From: Leucoraja erinacea
Taxonomy: Eukaryota
NCBI RefSeq assembly: GCF_028641065.1
Contig: NC_073399.1
Span: 32,674,001 to 32,738,000, forward strand
Length of the DNA stretch: 64,000 nucleotides
Direction: 5' to 3'
Of this stretch, positions 36,146 through 49,182 are shown piece by piece (position 1 is the first letter of the stretch; each line of letters begins with the position of its first letter). The notes under the pieces are model-generated. The model worked only from the letters and a program-made list of their open reading frames with translations. It ran no database searches and was not told the DNA's origin. The translations under genes were made by a program, and so were the position numbers.

Positions 36146-39100
36146 CTATAAATCTTACCTATTATAAATAATCTACTAGCAGCCTCAGTTTAGTGAGGTT
36201 ATAATATTTCAAAAGCTGATTTACTCTTTTCTGAAAGGGTTTTAGCTGTTCATGATCAGTACTCTGAGTGATGTGTCCCGTCTGAGTGATGTCTCCTTAC
36301 TAACGAGCAGATACCTCCAGCTAACCAAGATGATTAAACACAGATATCTTATTTTTTAATGGAAAACATTTATTTATACAAAACAATTTGAAGAGAGAAT
36401 TTAACTTTACAAAGGATTTGCAAAACGCGCGCACAAATCTTATAAGTCATGAGAAACAAAACATGCCACCAAGTTGCAGACAAACAAGTTCTGTCATGAG
36501 GCTGGAAAGAATGCGGAGAAGATTTGCGAGGTTGCTGACAGATCTTGAGGGCTTCAGCTAAAGGAAAAGGTCGAGTAAGCTGGGAGTTTCTTCCTTGGAG
36601 CACAGAAGGCTGAGGGGTGATCTTATAGAGGTGTACAGAATCACAGGGGGAATAAACGGGGGTGAATGCACAGTGTCTTTTACCCAGGGAAGAGAAATCA
36701 AGAACCTGAAGACATAGGTTTAAATTGAGACGGGCAAGATTTAACAGGAAACTGTTTCACTCAGAGGGTGGTTGGTATAAGGAGTGGACTGCCAGAGGAG
36801 GTAGGTGAGGCAGGTTCTGCAGCATATAAAAAACAGTTGGATAGGTACATGGATAGGAAATGTTTAGAGGGATATGGTCAAACACAGTGAAGAGGCACTA
36901 GCTTTGATGAGCTAGCTTGGTCATCATGGAACAGTTGGACATTATTCTGGCCCTTTTTGACTCTACATTATCCATTACAGTGATGAAGGTCCAGGGAGGC
37001 GATCTTTCATGGACTGAATTTGAGGAGTAAATTCTGTGCCTTCCCTTTCACTCCGACTGCCTTTCCTATTTTATAATTCTTCTATATTTGCCTTTACTAA
37101 TTATCTTGAAATGACATCAACTACAATTGATGGCTTTGTTGGCTCCACAGCCAACAATGGGCTATTGTGGACTCCAGAAGATGGACTCAAAAAGCTGGAG
37201 TAACTCAGCGGGCCAGTCAGCATCTCTGGAGAGAAGGAATGGGCGATGTTATGGGTCGAGAACGTTCTTTGACCTTTCCTTGGTCATCGGTGCCGGCTCT
37301 GATTTGTTCTGAATCTTTGCACACCTCGAGTTTCCATCCCCCTCCGACTCTCAGTCTGAGCAATGGTCTCGACCCGAATTATCACCTATTCCTTTTCTCC
37401 TGACTTGCTGCCTGACCCGTTGAGTTATTCCAGCATTTTGTGTCCATCTTCGGTGTAAACCAGCATGTGTAGTTCCTTCCTACAGGTGTGTTCTATCTTT
37501 ATGGTATTGTTCTTTATCTTGGCAAAGTCACTGGGCAAAGGTAACCGTTTAGAAGTCTATAAACAATTCTGCTGTTCTTTGAAACCAAGGCTAGCAATGT
37601 TCACAGCAGAACATGCTTTGTTTTGGTTTCAATTGGAGGAGGCGGAGCGTGAATGTAAGAATGGTTCTAGGCAGGGAGACAGAGAGGGATAGAATGGTAG
37701 TCACAAAATGCTGGAGTAACTCAGCGGGTCAGGCAGCATCTCTGGATAGAAGGAATGTGTGACGTTTCAGGTCGAGACCCTTCTTCAGTTAGAATGGGGA
37801 GATGTGCACACAATTCACGATCGCACCGAGTTTGATGTTTGTCAGCAAAATATTACAAATGTCTCTCATCTGTATCATTGCTATATACTGTGAATAACTA
37901 AAACCCTTACCTTCAGTCACCCCGTTTTCACTGCGAGCTTTTTAAAAAGCTTGTCTAAATGAAACCATTTCAATATTGTGAAATCATGTTGCTGTAATAA
38001 TTGTGTTAATCATAAACTCAGAAAAAATACTGTCCTACTGCACTCTACAAAATACCTGGTGTGTTGCCAAAGTTTTCAGAAATGATATCACTCTTCTGTA
38101 ATTAATTGAGAGATATAACACAGAGACAGGCCCTTTGACCCGCTGAGTCCAAGCCAGCCAAGGATCACCCCATACACAAGCTCTATCCTACACACTAGGG
38201 TCAATTTACAGAAGCCAATCAATTTACAAACCTGTACGTCTTTGGAGTGTGAGGGAAAACCGGAGGACCTGGAGAAAGCCCACGCGGTCACAGGGAGAAC
38301 GTACAAACTCCGTACAGACAGCACCTGAAGTCAGGATCAAACTTGGGTCTCTATTGCTGTGAGGCAGAAACTCGGTTCTGCACCAGATTCAGATTCAGAT
38401 TCAATTCAGATTCAATTCAGATTCAATTTTAATTGTCATTGTCAGTGTACAGTACAGAGACAACAAAATGCATTTAGCATCTCCCTTGAAGAGCGACATA
38501 GCAAACGATTTGAATAAAAAATAATAAGTGTCCGGGGGGGTGGGGGGGGGGGTGGTGATTGGCAGTCACCGAGGTACGTTGTTGAGTAGAGTGACAGCCG
38601 CCGGAAAGAAGCTGTTCCTCGACCTGCTGGTTCGGCAACGGAGAGACCTGTAGCGCCTCCCGGATGGTAGGAGGGTAAACAGTCCATGGTTGGGGTGAGA
38701 GCAGTCCTTGGCGATGCTGAGCGCCCTCCGCAGACAGCGCTTGCTTTGGATTGGACCACTGTGGAGTCACCGAATATAAATCCCACTGATGATGTTTGAG
38801 AGTTGGATTGTGTTGATTAAATCACCACCAATTTAAGTCACAGGCCCTCGTTGAAATGGAAGTCATATGAATCCCCTGACGATCGTAAAACTAAGGCAAG
38901 GACTGATGGAAATTGTGCAATTTGACCAGCAGTCAAAGCATTCACATGAGGAAGAAAGCGATAAAGAATGGAAAGGTCACAACCTATTTATTTCCTGGCA
39001 GAATTGCTAACAATGCATCATAGACTCTACAAACAATTCAAAAATAATTAGTTCATAACTTTTTTTTTGGCTCTTCTGGCAATAAAATAAGCAGAATAAA

Positions 39101-39912
39101 CTCAGCCAGTCTCATTCTAACAGAAAGACACAGGGGTGGAAGATTGCAACCTTCACGTGGTCCGCCCTGTTTCGACTAATGCAATCAACTCGACGTGCAC
39201 AAACGGAAGATCAAAGTTGTCCAACAACGTTAGGCTGTGCACGCCACATGAAAGAAGAAGAAAGGTACAAAATGCTGGAGTAACTCAGCGGGTCAGGCAG
39301 CATCTCTGCTGGAGGTAAATCGGTGATGTTTCGGGACAGGACTCTTCTTCAGACGAAAGTTCATTCTGAAGGTGGGTTCCGACCCAAAACATCACCTATC
39401 CACCTTCACCAGAGATGCTGGCTGACCCGTTGAGTTACTCCAGCATTTTGTGTAATTTTTTGTAAACCAGCACCTGCGGTTTCTTGTTTCTCCATTCTAA
39501 CATAGACTCTGAGTCTAGCCTGTGTTAGATTTCACATTGCATACATGACCACAACTTCCATTGGGTTTGAATCAGTTACTTCAATGAAATAGTGAACTCT
39601 TGTAAAAAATACAGCATGCACTGGATATTATTTGCATTTTAGGACTGCTACAAACTGTGTCACCAAATTTTCTTAAGTGTTAGGGACTGATGACAAATCT
39701 TACATAGTTAAATGACCAGCTCACATTCATTGGCTTGGCTCATACAAGCAGTAGTGTAGGTTAACTTACCAGAGATGGTTCAACATCCATTAAAGTGACA
39801 AAAATAATTTTAGTTGGAAAGAGAACAAATGAAAAACTCTCTAAAATGTTAATACGTGTGTTGCACAGATCAAAATAGCTTTGCAATTGGGCGACATACA
39901 AGTTCTGTTGAT

Positions 39913-39972
39913 TCATTCAGAGTAGCTGTTGGCAAAGAACGTTTCCTCTTTTATATTGTGGGAAGTGCAGTC
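39913..39972 (-). CDS. Terminal coding exon of the B7-like gene (DCTSHNIKEETFFANSYSE*)
   Basis: Acceptor tttttctgcag|, phase 0, TGA at 39913-39915, followed by unique AT-rich UTR-like sequence. Confidence 0.6.
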   Translation of the reverse strand, partial: DCTSHNIKEETFFANSYSE

Positions 39973-42900
39973 CTGCAGAAAAACTTCTTCATGGTTGTTC
40001 CGTTACCAACCCACAGGAAGCAAACTTTCAAAGTGCAACTGAGCCGAAGATGTTCTTCTCTTTTATTATACATTTATGGTGGCTGGCTCTTTGATTTATT
40101 AAGCATTCTATGTGTAAAGCAGTGTTATTCCTTAGGGAAGCTGATTGGCCTCTTTTGTATCCAGTCTTTCTTTTGATTTTGGCCTACCGAATCTGTGTCG
40201 ACCAGCGATCATCTCGTACACTAGCACTTGCCTACACACTACAAACAATTTACAATTTTACAACCAACCTGCACGTCTTTGGGCTGTGGGAGGAAACTGG
40301 AAAACCTGGAGAAACCCCACACAGTCACAGGGAGAATGTACAAACACTGTGCGGATAGAACCCATAGTCGTGATCGAACCCAGGTCTCCGGCGCTGTAAG
40401 GCGGCAACTCCAACGCTGCGCCACCGTGCCGTTGTGTTTTACTAAGTGCGAATAATCAATGTATGATGTTGGTGACGTCAAACAAAACGAGTGGCGGAGC
40501 TCATCAAAGTGCCATCGTTCTTTGCTCCATTCACTGGATCGTGAAAGCATAATTTTACTTTTCAGGCTACAATGATTTTCGCAATCTCTGTGGCAGATGC
40601 TGAAGTTGCTCAGTTGCACAATAAGATGAGCAAACCGATAAAACATTGCGTTGCAAAACGCTGGCTCAGTGGATTGAATTTACCAGTTGCACTGTTCCGG
40701 ACATTACTGTTAAAAGAACAAAGAAACTATAAGAATAGTGACGCAAGTTGTTAAAAATAAGTCGAATATTTGAAATCAAACCTACCAATGGTGGCATATA
40801 TTCTGGTTTGTGGCTTTGATCTAAAATTAAAAAACATAATTTGTTATTAATAATTTGTTATTAATACATTTGAAGTAAGATAATTGTGTAAAATATTCCA
40901 GTACATTTTTCTTGCACTTAAACTCCAAAAAATGCCTATTAAAAATATACAATCATAGATTATCCATAACATTCAAGTAATTGCAACCTTCAAAATAATT
41001 TTATTTCAACAAAATAGAGGAAATATTGAGACTGGGACAATCCTGCCTATAATAGTGTTTGATAGACTGTTGCTTAGTATGGGTGTCAGGGGTTATGGGA
41101 TGAAGGCAGGAGAATGGGGTTGAGAGGGTTGCGAACTCGCTAGAATTTAGAAGATTGAGGGGAGGATCTTATAGAAACTTACAAAAGTCTTAAGGGGTTG
41201 GACAGGCTAGATGCAGGAAGAATGTTCCCGATGTTGGGGAAGTCCAGAACAAGGGGTCACAGTTTAAGGATAAGGGGGAATTCTCATCTTTTAGGACTGA
41301 GATGAGAAAAACATTTTTCACACACAGAGTGGTGAATCTCTGGAATTCTCTGCCGCAGAAGGTAGTTGAGGCCAATTCATTGGCTATATTTAAGAGGGAG
41401 TTAGATGTGGCCCTTGTGGCTAAAGGGATCAGGGGGTATGGAGAGAAGGCAGGTACAGGATACTGAGTTGGATGATCAGCCATGATCATATTGAATGGCG
41501 GTGCAGGCTCGAAGGGCCGAAAGGCCTCCTGTGATGAAGCCGAGTTTTAGTTAAAAATATAAGAAGATATTAAATTGGTTTCTGGGCTAGCTTACAGCTT
41601 AAATTTAGTGTCAAATTAGGCTTGCCTTAGGTTGTGGGTGTGTGTGAGATAATAAATCCTATAACATTGTCTCCCAAGTGACAGGCAGAGGAGCAGCTAG
41701 AGAGATAGCTGGTCAAATCTTTGAAGTGAGATTCCATAAACCAAATGACCAATGTTTATGGGGAGGAGGCAATAAAGGAAGAGAGAAATAGCCAGTCACA
41801 TCTTTGTAAACAAATTACCTATGTTTATGAGGGACCAAATGACAGAGGAAGCAGCGAAGAGAGCTAGGGTGGTCTATTTGGAGATAACGCAAATTGCCAA
41901 TGTTTTCAGTATATCTTGTACCATGTAAACAAAAGGCCTTTGATGTGATGCAATCTGTGGAAACCTTTTCCTGTACCTCTGACATGATTAATGTCTGTGG
42001 AAGGTGTTAAGGGAACAAAAAAACCCTATTTAAGGCAATGTAATTCTGTTGTTCAGGGAAGGTGGCTGAGGACAGTCAAGTGTCTGTGTTGGTCACTTGA
42101 CTGGAGTTCTCCCTGCCTTCCATCGGCCGATGTTAAGTAAAGTTTTGAACTGGTCTACCAAACAGTTTGTGTGGTGTCTGTTTATTAAGAAGCGAACCTG
42201 GTTTAGTAGTTAAGATAAGTAGCTTTTTCACCTGCACCTATTTTCTATGTCTATGTCTCTGTCTATGTTAGCTTGCATTAAACGTTACTCGAGTTATTCC
42301 CTTCATCATGCATTTGTACACTGTGGATGGTTTGATTGTAATCATGTATTGTCTTTCCGCTGACTGGTTGGTACGCAACAAAAGCTTTGCACTGTACCAA
42401 TAGAACAAAATATTACATAGGTCGCTTAATTACTGGTGTATATTATAATAATAATTGGTTATCCGTGGCTAATTTAATACCAAAGATTCATGTAGGTAAT
42501 ACTTCATGTAACAAAGATTACAAGGCTTCTCATGGAACCATTTGCTGAATAGTTGTACCTGGACTGTATCTTTTCCTGAGTAGGAAAAGACCCAGGATAA
42601 GTATCCCAGAGAGCAGAGCTCCAATAATGACATAGACTGCAGTGAGAACCTTTTTCTTCTTTTCTTCTCTTTGCTGTTCTGGGTTCAATTCGACAAGATT
42701 TGAAACTAAAAGTTTAGAAGGAAATAAAAGGCACAGTAAGTTTCAGCAAATGAACGCTGGTGTCATTTGTTAGTACAGTTATTTTGTTGCAGCTTTCACC
42801 TGTCACCCAATCAGCCATCGCATACAACACATCGTGCCCCGACATTTCCGTCGCCTCCAACGGGATCCCGCCACTAGTCACGTCTGCCCATCTCCACCCC

Positions 42901-45900
42901 CTTTCCGCCTTCCGCAGAGACCGTTACTTCCTCAACTCTCACTCATCCTTTCCCACCGAGGCCAACCCCTGCTCTGGAAATGTCCCCTGCTGTACACTTA
43001 TTCTCAGTCTACCTTGGCCTATGGGATCTCCCAGATCCAATCACTTTAACTGCCCTTCTTCCCATGCCCACACTGACCTTTCTGTCCTGGGCCTCCTCCA
43101 TTGTCAGAGTTGAAGGAACTGCACCTAATATTTTGCTTGGGCGTCTTACAAACCAGCGGTATGAACATTAAGTTCTCTTATTTCAAGTAACCCCTGCATT
43201 GCTTCTCTCTCCCCCCTACGCATCATTCCAATTCCACTGCATCCTTGTATCTCTTCGTTATCACCTCCACCCCGCCCAACAATGGGCCATTGTGAGCTCC
43301 ACTCTTTCTTGGTTATCTGTTGCCGACCCTGCCTTTTCTTACCTACAGTTCCCTCCCCTCTACTTTCAGTCTGAAGAAGGTACCCGACCTGAAACGTCAC
43401 CCATTCATTTTTCTCTGGTGCTGCCTGACCCATGGAGTTCACTCCAGTGCTTTGTCTATCTGCAATTATTTAAAGATCTCTTTTTTCCCCAATCATGAGA
43501 GATGAAGGTTATGAACTTACTTGATGAGGATGCATCCACTTCAATTCTTCCCTCTGCCTCATTCCATACAGAACAAGTATAGCTATTCTCTGGATTATCT
43601 TTGGATAGGTTGATTGGAAGTTTGCTGGTGATTTTAACCAGACCTTCCGTTGTGTTTTCTCTGTCGGTTCTTGATATATTGGTGAGGTTTCTTTCTCCAT
43701 TGAGCATCCAGTGAATCTGAGCAGGAGGATATCCCATTGTTTCGCAACTGATAGATTCTTCAAGTAAGGTCATATTTGGCGAACTGTATGGAGCTGACAA
43801 GATCATATCATGTCGTTAATGATATTATCCAGATATTACTTCACCGTAAACTCCGCCAAACCTGCCATCTTAATCCATCGTGGTCTCTGTGTGATCGCCA
43901 TCCAGGAGCCCAAGAACTCCGTGGACAAGAGCAGTCAGTGCCAACACACATAGCCGGACAGACTCACGGAACGACTGTGGAAACAATTGTGGATCATCGA
44001 GGCAATGATTTGCACAAATGTCCAATAGCGTACAAGTAAAATTCAAAACGTTTTGCATTTAAAACCCAAAACTCATCCCCACAAAACAAAACGTTAAGAA
44101 AACCACAATCACTTGGCTTTCTCCCAGGGGACAATATCGCCCTTTCAATTGAATGGGTGTTGCCATGTTTATACCAACTTTAAGTAGATACTGGCTCTGG
44201 GGACACATGGAATGTTTAGTTTCGATCATAAGACATAGGAGTCATTTGGCCCATTGAGTCTACTCCTGGCTAATCTAGTTTCCTTCTCAACCCCTTTCTC
44301 TTGCCTTCTCTCCGTAACTTTTGATGTCCTTACTGATTATTAACCTGTCAATCTCCGCTTAAAAAAAAATTCAAGTCTGAGAAGGAGTGAATGGTTCAGG
44401 TTCAGAACCCTCACTCGGATCTGAATTCCCAGAATTATGAGACATGTCAATGAAGGAGTGTGGCGGCTCTTTACGTACTGGCCCCCAAAGAGGAATATCA
44501 TCGGCGGCAGGAGACGCAGCAGTAGAGGTATTGCCTCACAGCGCCAGGGACCCAGGTTCGATCCTGTCTACGGGTGCTATCTGTCCAAATTTTGTACGAT
44601 CTCCCTGTGGTCATATGGGTTAACACCAGATGCTCCGGGTCCTTCCAACATTACAAAGATGTGCAATTTTGCATTTTAATTGGCTGTGCTATAATTATCC
44701 CTGGTGTGTGTAGGATAGAACAAGTGTATGTGTGATTGTTATAGATGTGGATCTTATAGAAACATATAAAATTCTTAAAGGATTAGCAGGCTAGATGCAG
44801 GAAAGATTTCTCCGATGTTAAGGGTGTCCAGAACCAGGGGTCACACAGTTTAAGCATAACGGGTCGGCCATTTAGGACTGAGATGAGGAAAAACCTTTTT
44901 ACCCAGAGAGTTGTGAATCTATGGAATTCTCTGCCACAGAAGGCACTGGAGGCCGATTCACTGGATATTTTCAACAGAGAGTTAGATTTAGCTCTTAGGG
45001 CTAAAGGAATCAAGGGATATGGGGAAAAAGCAGGAACGGGGTACTGATTTTAGATAATCAGCCATGATCATATTGAATGGCGGTGCTGGCTCGATGGGCA
45101 GAACGGCCTAATCCTACACCTATTTTTCTATGTTGCTTGGTGCAAAGTCAATGGGCCGAAGGGCTTGTTTCCATGTTGTATCTCTAAAACAACCAAGCCC
45201 TACACAAAATACAACTGGTAGAGTGAAGAGAAAAGTACCAGCCTACAGAATATAGTTTACCATCAATGTAGCGTTACATTTCCAGTCCCACAAGATGGTC
45301 TACAATGTAATAAATCACGTTTACACTTGTAAATCTATCAGTATTTCTAGCTGTCAAACCTAATATTCTCTTTATCTTATTTCAGGTATGGCGATCTTGT
45401 GACTGCCAGGAACTTGAGCAGACTTGATCAGCGAGATCTGTAGCCAAAAGAACACTGGAGTTACTCAGCAGGTCAGGCAGCATCTCTGGAGAACAGAGAC
45501 CGATAACGTTATGGTTCGAGACCCTCTGAGTTCTGTGGCCAACTGGTCTTTTCTGAATCTTTTCCAGCCATCCTTTTCCCTGGAACTAGAGAGCAACAAT
45601 GCTGAAAAACTATGTTCTACACTCTGATATCTTTCTCTTAGCGCGACCTGCTGTACTTGTATTTGGCTTCATTGTACTTATGTATCCACTCCCTACACAC
45701 TAGGGGCTCAACCTACTGTGGCCAATCAACCTACATACCTGCAAGTATTTTGGAACTAAGAAACTGGAGCACCCAGTGAAAACTCATGCAGTCACATGGA
45801 GAATGTGCAAATATCCACACAGTCTGCACCAGTGGTCAGGATCGAACTGGGGTCTCTGGCGCTGTGACGCAGCAGCTCTACCCACTGCGCCAATATCATG

Positions 45901-48900
45901 AACACTTGTTGGTAATTGTTCTGACGTTTCCAATGATTTCCAATCCTGACCACCTTATGTTTCTGCAGTTTCTCAGAATTACTCACCATGTGTCATGTAA
46001 TCTCTCCTGTTGCACAACATAACCAGGGCTGCACTGTGGCTATCAAAAAAAAAATCTGTTTTGGAAGATTGACACTCTTTCAACAGCTGCTTTTTATTTG
46101 GTACATGAATCATGCTGGCAAGATCAGCATTCACTGCCAATTCTAAATTGGCTTTGAGAGAGGGGCGGGTGGTGGCTGGTGAGCTGCCTTCTATCTGCTG
46201 AATATTAAAGGACAATGGTGTCTGGGAGACCTCAGAGTTGGGAGCTGATGGAGGTGATGGGACATTTGCAAAGTCAAGCTTTTCATCAGTTCCAGAAGCA
46301 GAATTAGGCCATTCGGCCCAACAGGACTACTCCGCCATTCAATCATGGCTGATCTATATTTAAGAGGGAGTTAGATGTGGCCCTTGTGGCTAAAGGGACC
46401 AAGGGGTATGGAAAGAAGGCAGGTACAGGATACTGAGTTGGATGATCAGCCATGATCACATTGAATCGCGATGCAGCCTCGAAGACTCCTGCTGTACCTA
46501 TTTTCTATGTGCCTATGTTTCTATCTATCTTCCCCACTCAACCCAATTCTCCTGCCTCCTCCCCATAACCCTTTCTGACTAAAGAAACTCTTCGTCATCT
46601 CCTTTCTAAAGGTGTGCCCTTTTATTCTGAGACTGTGGCTCACTCACTAGTGGTAACATCCTCTCGACATTCACTTTATCTACGCCTTTTACTATTCCAC
46701 TTTTTCCCTTGGGTCCGAGCCCTTTTTCAAGTGTGCAGTTGGTGCTTTCTAATCTCACTATGCATCGAGGAAGATATTAAGCTTGGCATTTCAGACCAGC
46801 AACCACTGTGGTTTGATGAGTCATTAAATTGGAAGGCCCATTTAAATTGTATAGAGAAACTGTGGTCCCATTCCTTGTGAGCAAACCTCTTCTCAAGGTT
46901 CCTTTACCAACATTTGTTGGTGCAACAACACCAAGAGCAGGTACTTCACTCATTTGTTCAGTCTGCTACCATGGGTGGAACCTTTCTATATGCATAGAAA
47001 CATAGAAAATAGGTGCAGGAGTAGGCCATGCGGCCCTTCGAGCCTGCACCGCCATTCAATATGATCATGGCTGATCATCCAACTCAGTATCCCGTACTTG
47101 CCTTCTCTCCATACCCCCTGATCCCTTTAGCCACAAGGGCCACATCTAACTCCCTCTTAAATATATACAATGAACTGGCCTCAACTACCTTCTGTGGCAG
47201 AGAATTCCAGAGATTCACCACGCTCTGTGTGAAAAATGTTTTTCTCATCTCATTCCTAAAAGATTTCCCCCTTTCGAGGTACCTGACAAGATTGCTGGGA
47301 TAGAGATACAAGGAACCACAGATGTTGGTTTACAAGCAAAGACACAAATTGCAGGAGTAACTCAGCAGGTCAGGCAGCATCTCTGGAGAACATAGATGGG
47401 TGTGTTTCTGGTGATATTATGGCATTGATCGCAATGAGAGTGATATTCTAATCTCTAAATCCTAATGCACAAATCAACGGCATTCATCTTTTTGGAGATA
47501 ATATCTACAATATAGTACTTCTTTACCCAACCTAACAAGTTTTGGACAATTACAATGCCGATTTACAACCAATGAACCAGTTTTTAAAGCAAAATGAAAG
47601 TAGCAGATACCATATATAACCATATAACCATATAACAATTACAGCACGGAAACAGGCCATCTCGACCCTTCTAGTCCGTGCCGAACACATAATCTCCCCT
47701 AGTCCCATATACCTGCACTCAGACCATAACCCTCCATTCCCTTCCCATCCATATAACTATCCAATGTATTTTTAAATGATAAAAACGAACCTGCCTCCAC
47801 CACCTTCACTGGAAGCTCATTCCACACAGCTACCACTCTCTGAGTAAAGAAGTTCCCCCTCATGTCACCCCTAAACTTCAGTCCCTTAATTCTCATGTCA
47901 TGTCTTGTTTGAATCTTCCCTACTCTCAGTGGGAAAAGCTTTTCCACGTCAACTCTGTCCATCCCTCTCATCATTTTAAAAACCTCTATCAAGTCCCCCC
48001 TTAACCTTCTGGAAGATACAGTCCACAATATAGGGTGGCACAGTGGTGCAGCAGTAGAGCCACAGCCTTACAGCGCCAGAGATCTGGGTTTGAACCTGAC
48101 TACGGGTGTCGTCTGTGTGGACTTTATACATTCAACCTGTGGGTTTTCTGTTGGTGCTCTGGTTTCCTCCCACATCCCAAGGACGTGCGGGTTTGTAGGT
48201 TAATTGGCCACTGTAAGTTGCCCCTAGTGTGTAGGGAGTGGATGAGAATAGAAACATTGAAAATAGGTGCAGGAGGAGGCCATTCGGCCCTTCGAGCCAG
48301 CACCGCCATTTATTGTGATCATGGCTGATCGTCCCCTATCAATAACCCGTGCCTTGCCTTCTCCCCATATCCCTTGACTCCACTAGCCCCTAGAGCTCTA
48401 TCTAACTCTCTCTTAAATCCATCCAGTGACTTGGCCTCCACTGCCCTCTGTGGCAGGGAATTCCATACATTCACAACTCTCTGTAGAGCCAACAAGAATG
48501 TAGGATGACATACAACTAGTGTGAGTGAGGGTGACATCCACCCACAAAGTAAAGGCGTTGCAGGTCAGTAGTTAGATTGGCTTCTCCCTTGTGTGTTTAG
48601 GATAGTACTAGTGTATGGCTGATCGTAGGTCGGCACGGACCCGTTGGGCTGAAGGGACCGTTTCAAAGTTATAGCTCTAAAAAATAAATAAATAAACAAC
48701 CTACCTTTAAACACTAACACGATATCAGCACTGCCATGGCCCTGATCAGTGCGTATAATGCAATTGTACATCCCACCATTGAATGGTTTGGTTCGTTGGA
48801 TAATCAGTGAGAAGCTCGCATAATCTAGATGGTGTAATCCAATTTGTCCCTGAAATCTCTCGTTGTGTTCTCGTGTGTCGAAGGTAAAAAGAGTTTTCCC

Positions 48901-49182
48901 ATCTTTCCGTAATTTAATGGTGGTAAATGTTCTGATCCCTGTTGTTTTCAGGCTGCATGGTAGTTCCGTGTCCATGTTAAATTCTCCTCTCACTGGGCTC
49001 TTACAGTTAAAAGTCATGAACACTGTAAAACAAGAACTTCCATCAAACTCCAATCCTAAATTAACAATCAGCCCTGCATGGTCTATTTACAGATAAGTGT
49101 TTCAGTACTTACTTTGAACAGAGTGTGTGCTTTCAAACAGAATGAAGAAAAGACAAAAGTTTAGCTGAAAAATTAAATCCAT
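39913..49182 (-). CDS. B7-family-like (IgV+IgC) type I membrane protein with SECTM1-like V domain, ~300 aa: join(49113..49182, 48705..49022, 43521..43793, 42559..42705, 40786..40820, 39913..39972)
   Basis: Six exons of 70+318+273+147+35+60 = 903 nt, all with GT/AG boundaries, in frame from ATG to TGA. Leader, V, APYS-P-initiated C domain, TM and a short tail match B7-family exon organisation. Confidence 0.85.
40786..40820 (-). CDS. Short cytoplasmic exon 1 of the B7-like gene (DQSHKPEYMPPL)
   Basis: ttttaattttag| 35 nt |gtagg; converts phase 1 to phase 0, which links the TM exon to the terminal exon. Confidence 0.65.
41135..41531 (+). mobile_element. Young CR1 3' fragment; its tail resumes at 42231 after the LTR
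   Basis: Family match; the tail cctgcacctattttctatg continues after the insertion. Confidence 0.85.
41532..42230 (+). mobile_element. Solo LTR (ERV1- or Gypsy-type), 699 bp
   Basis: TG...CA termini, imperfect terminal inverted repeat TGATGAAGC/GCTTTTTCA, 4-bp TSD CCTG (41528-41531 and 42231-42234), TATA-like TATTTAA at ~42027 and AGTAAA at ~42136. Confidence 0.8.
42559..42705 (-). CDS. Stalk + transmembrane exon of the B7-like gene (not in the ORF track)
   Basis: aacttttag| ... G|gtac, 147 nt, phase 1-1; ISNLVELNPEQQREEKKKK-VLTAVYVIIGALLSGILILGLFLL-RKRYSP. Confidence 0.85.
42820..43460 (+). mobile_element. Penelope-like element 3' fragment (internally deleted ORF end with GIY-YIG C-terminus, plus terminal repeat)
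   Basis: RHFRRLQRDPATSHV...HFNCPSSHAHTDLSVLGLLHCQS; terminal-repeat motif ctgaagaagg...gaaacgtc. Confidence 0.75.
43521..43793 (-). CDS. IgC exon of the B7-like gene
   Basis: cttgtcag| ... A|gtaagt, 273 nt; APYSSP...SCETMGYPPAQIHW...YTCSVWN, the B7-type C-domain pattern (C-x-x-x-GYP-x-x-x-I-x-W; YTC-x-V-x-N); 5 sequons. Confidence 0.9.
48705..49022 (-). CDS. IgV exon of the B7-like gene
   Basis: ttgttttacag| ... G|gtagg, 318 nt; FNCKSPVRGEFNMDTELPC...IKLRKDGK...FSLIIQRTKPFNGGMYNC...IVLVFK. Confidence 0.9.

Noticed and set aside
45987-46006. 20-nt minus-strand micro-exon candidate (caacag|...|gtgagt) between the V and C exons
   Set aside because: It would frameshift the gene, and V and C already join in frame; only RNA-seq could rescue it as a poison exon
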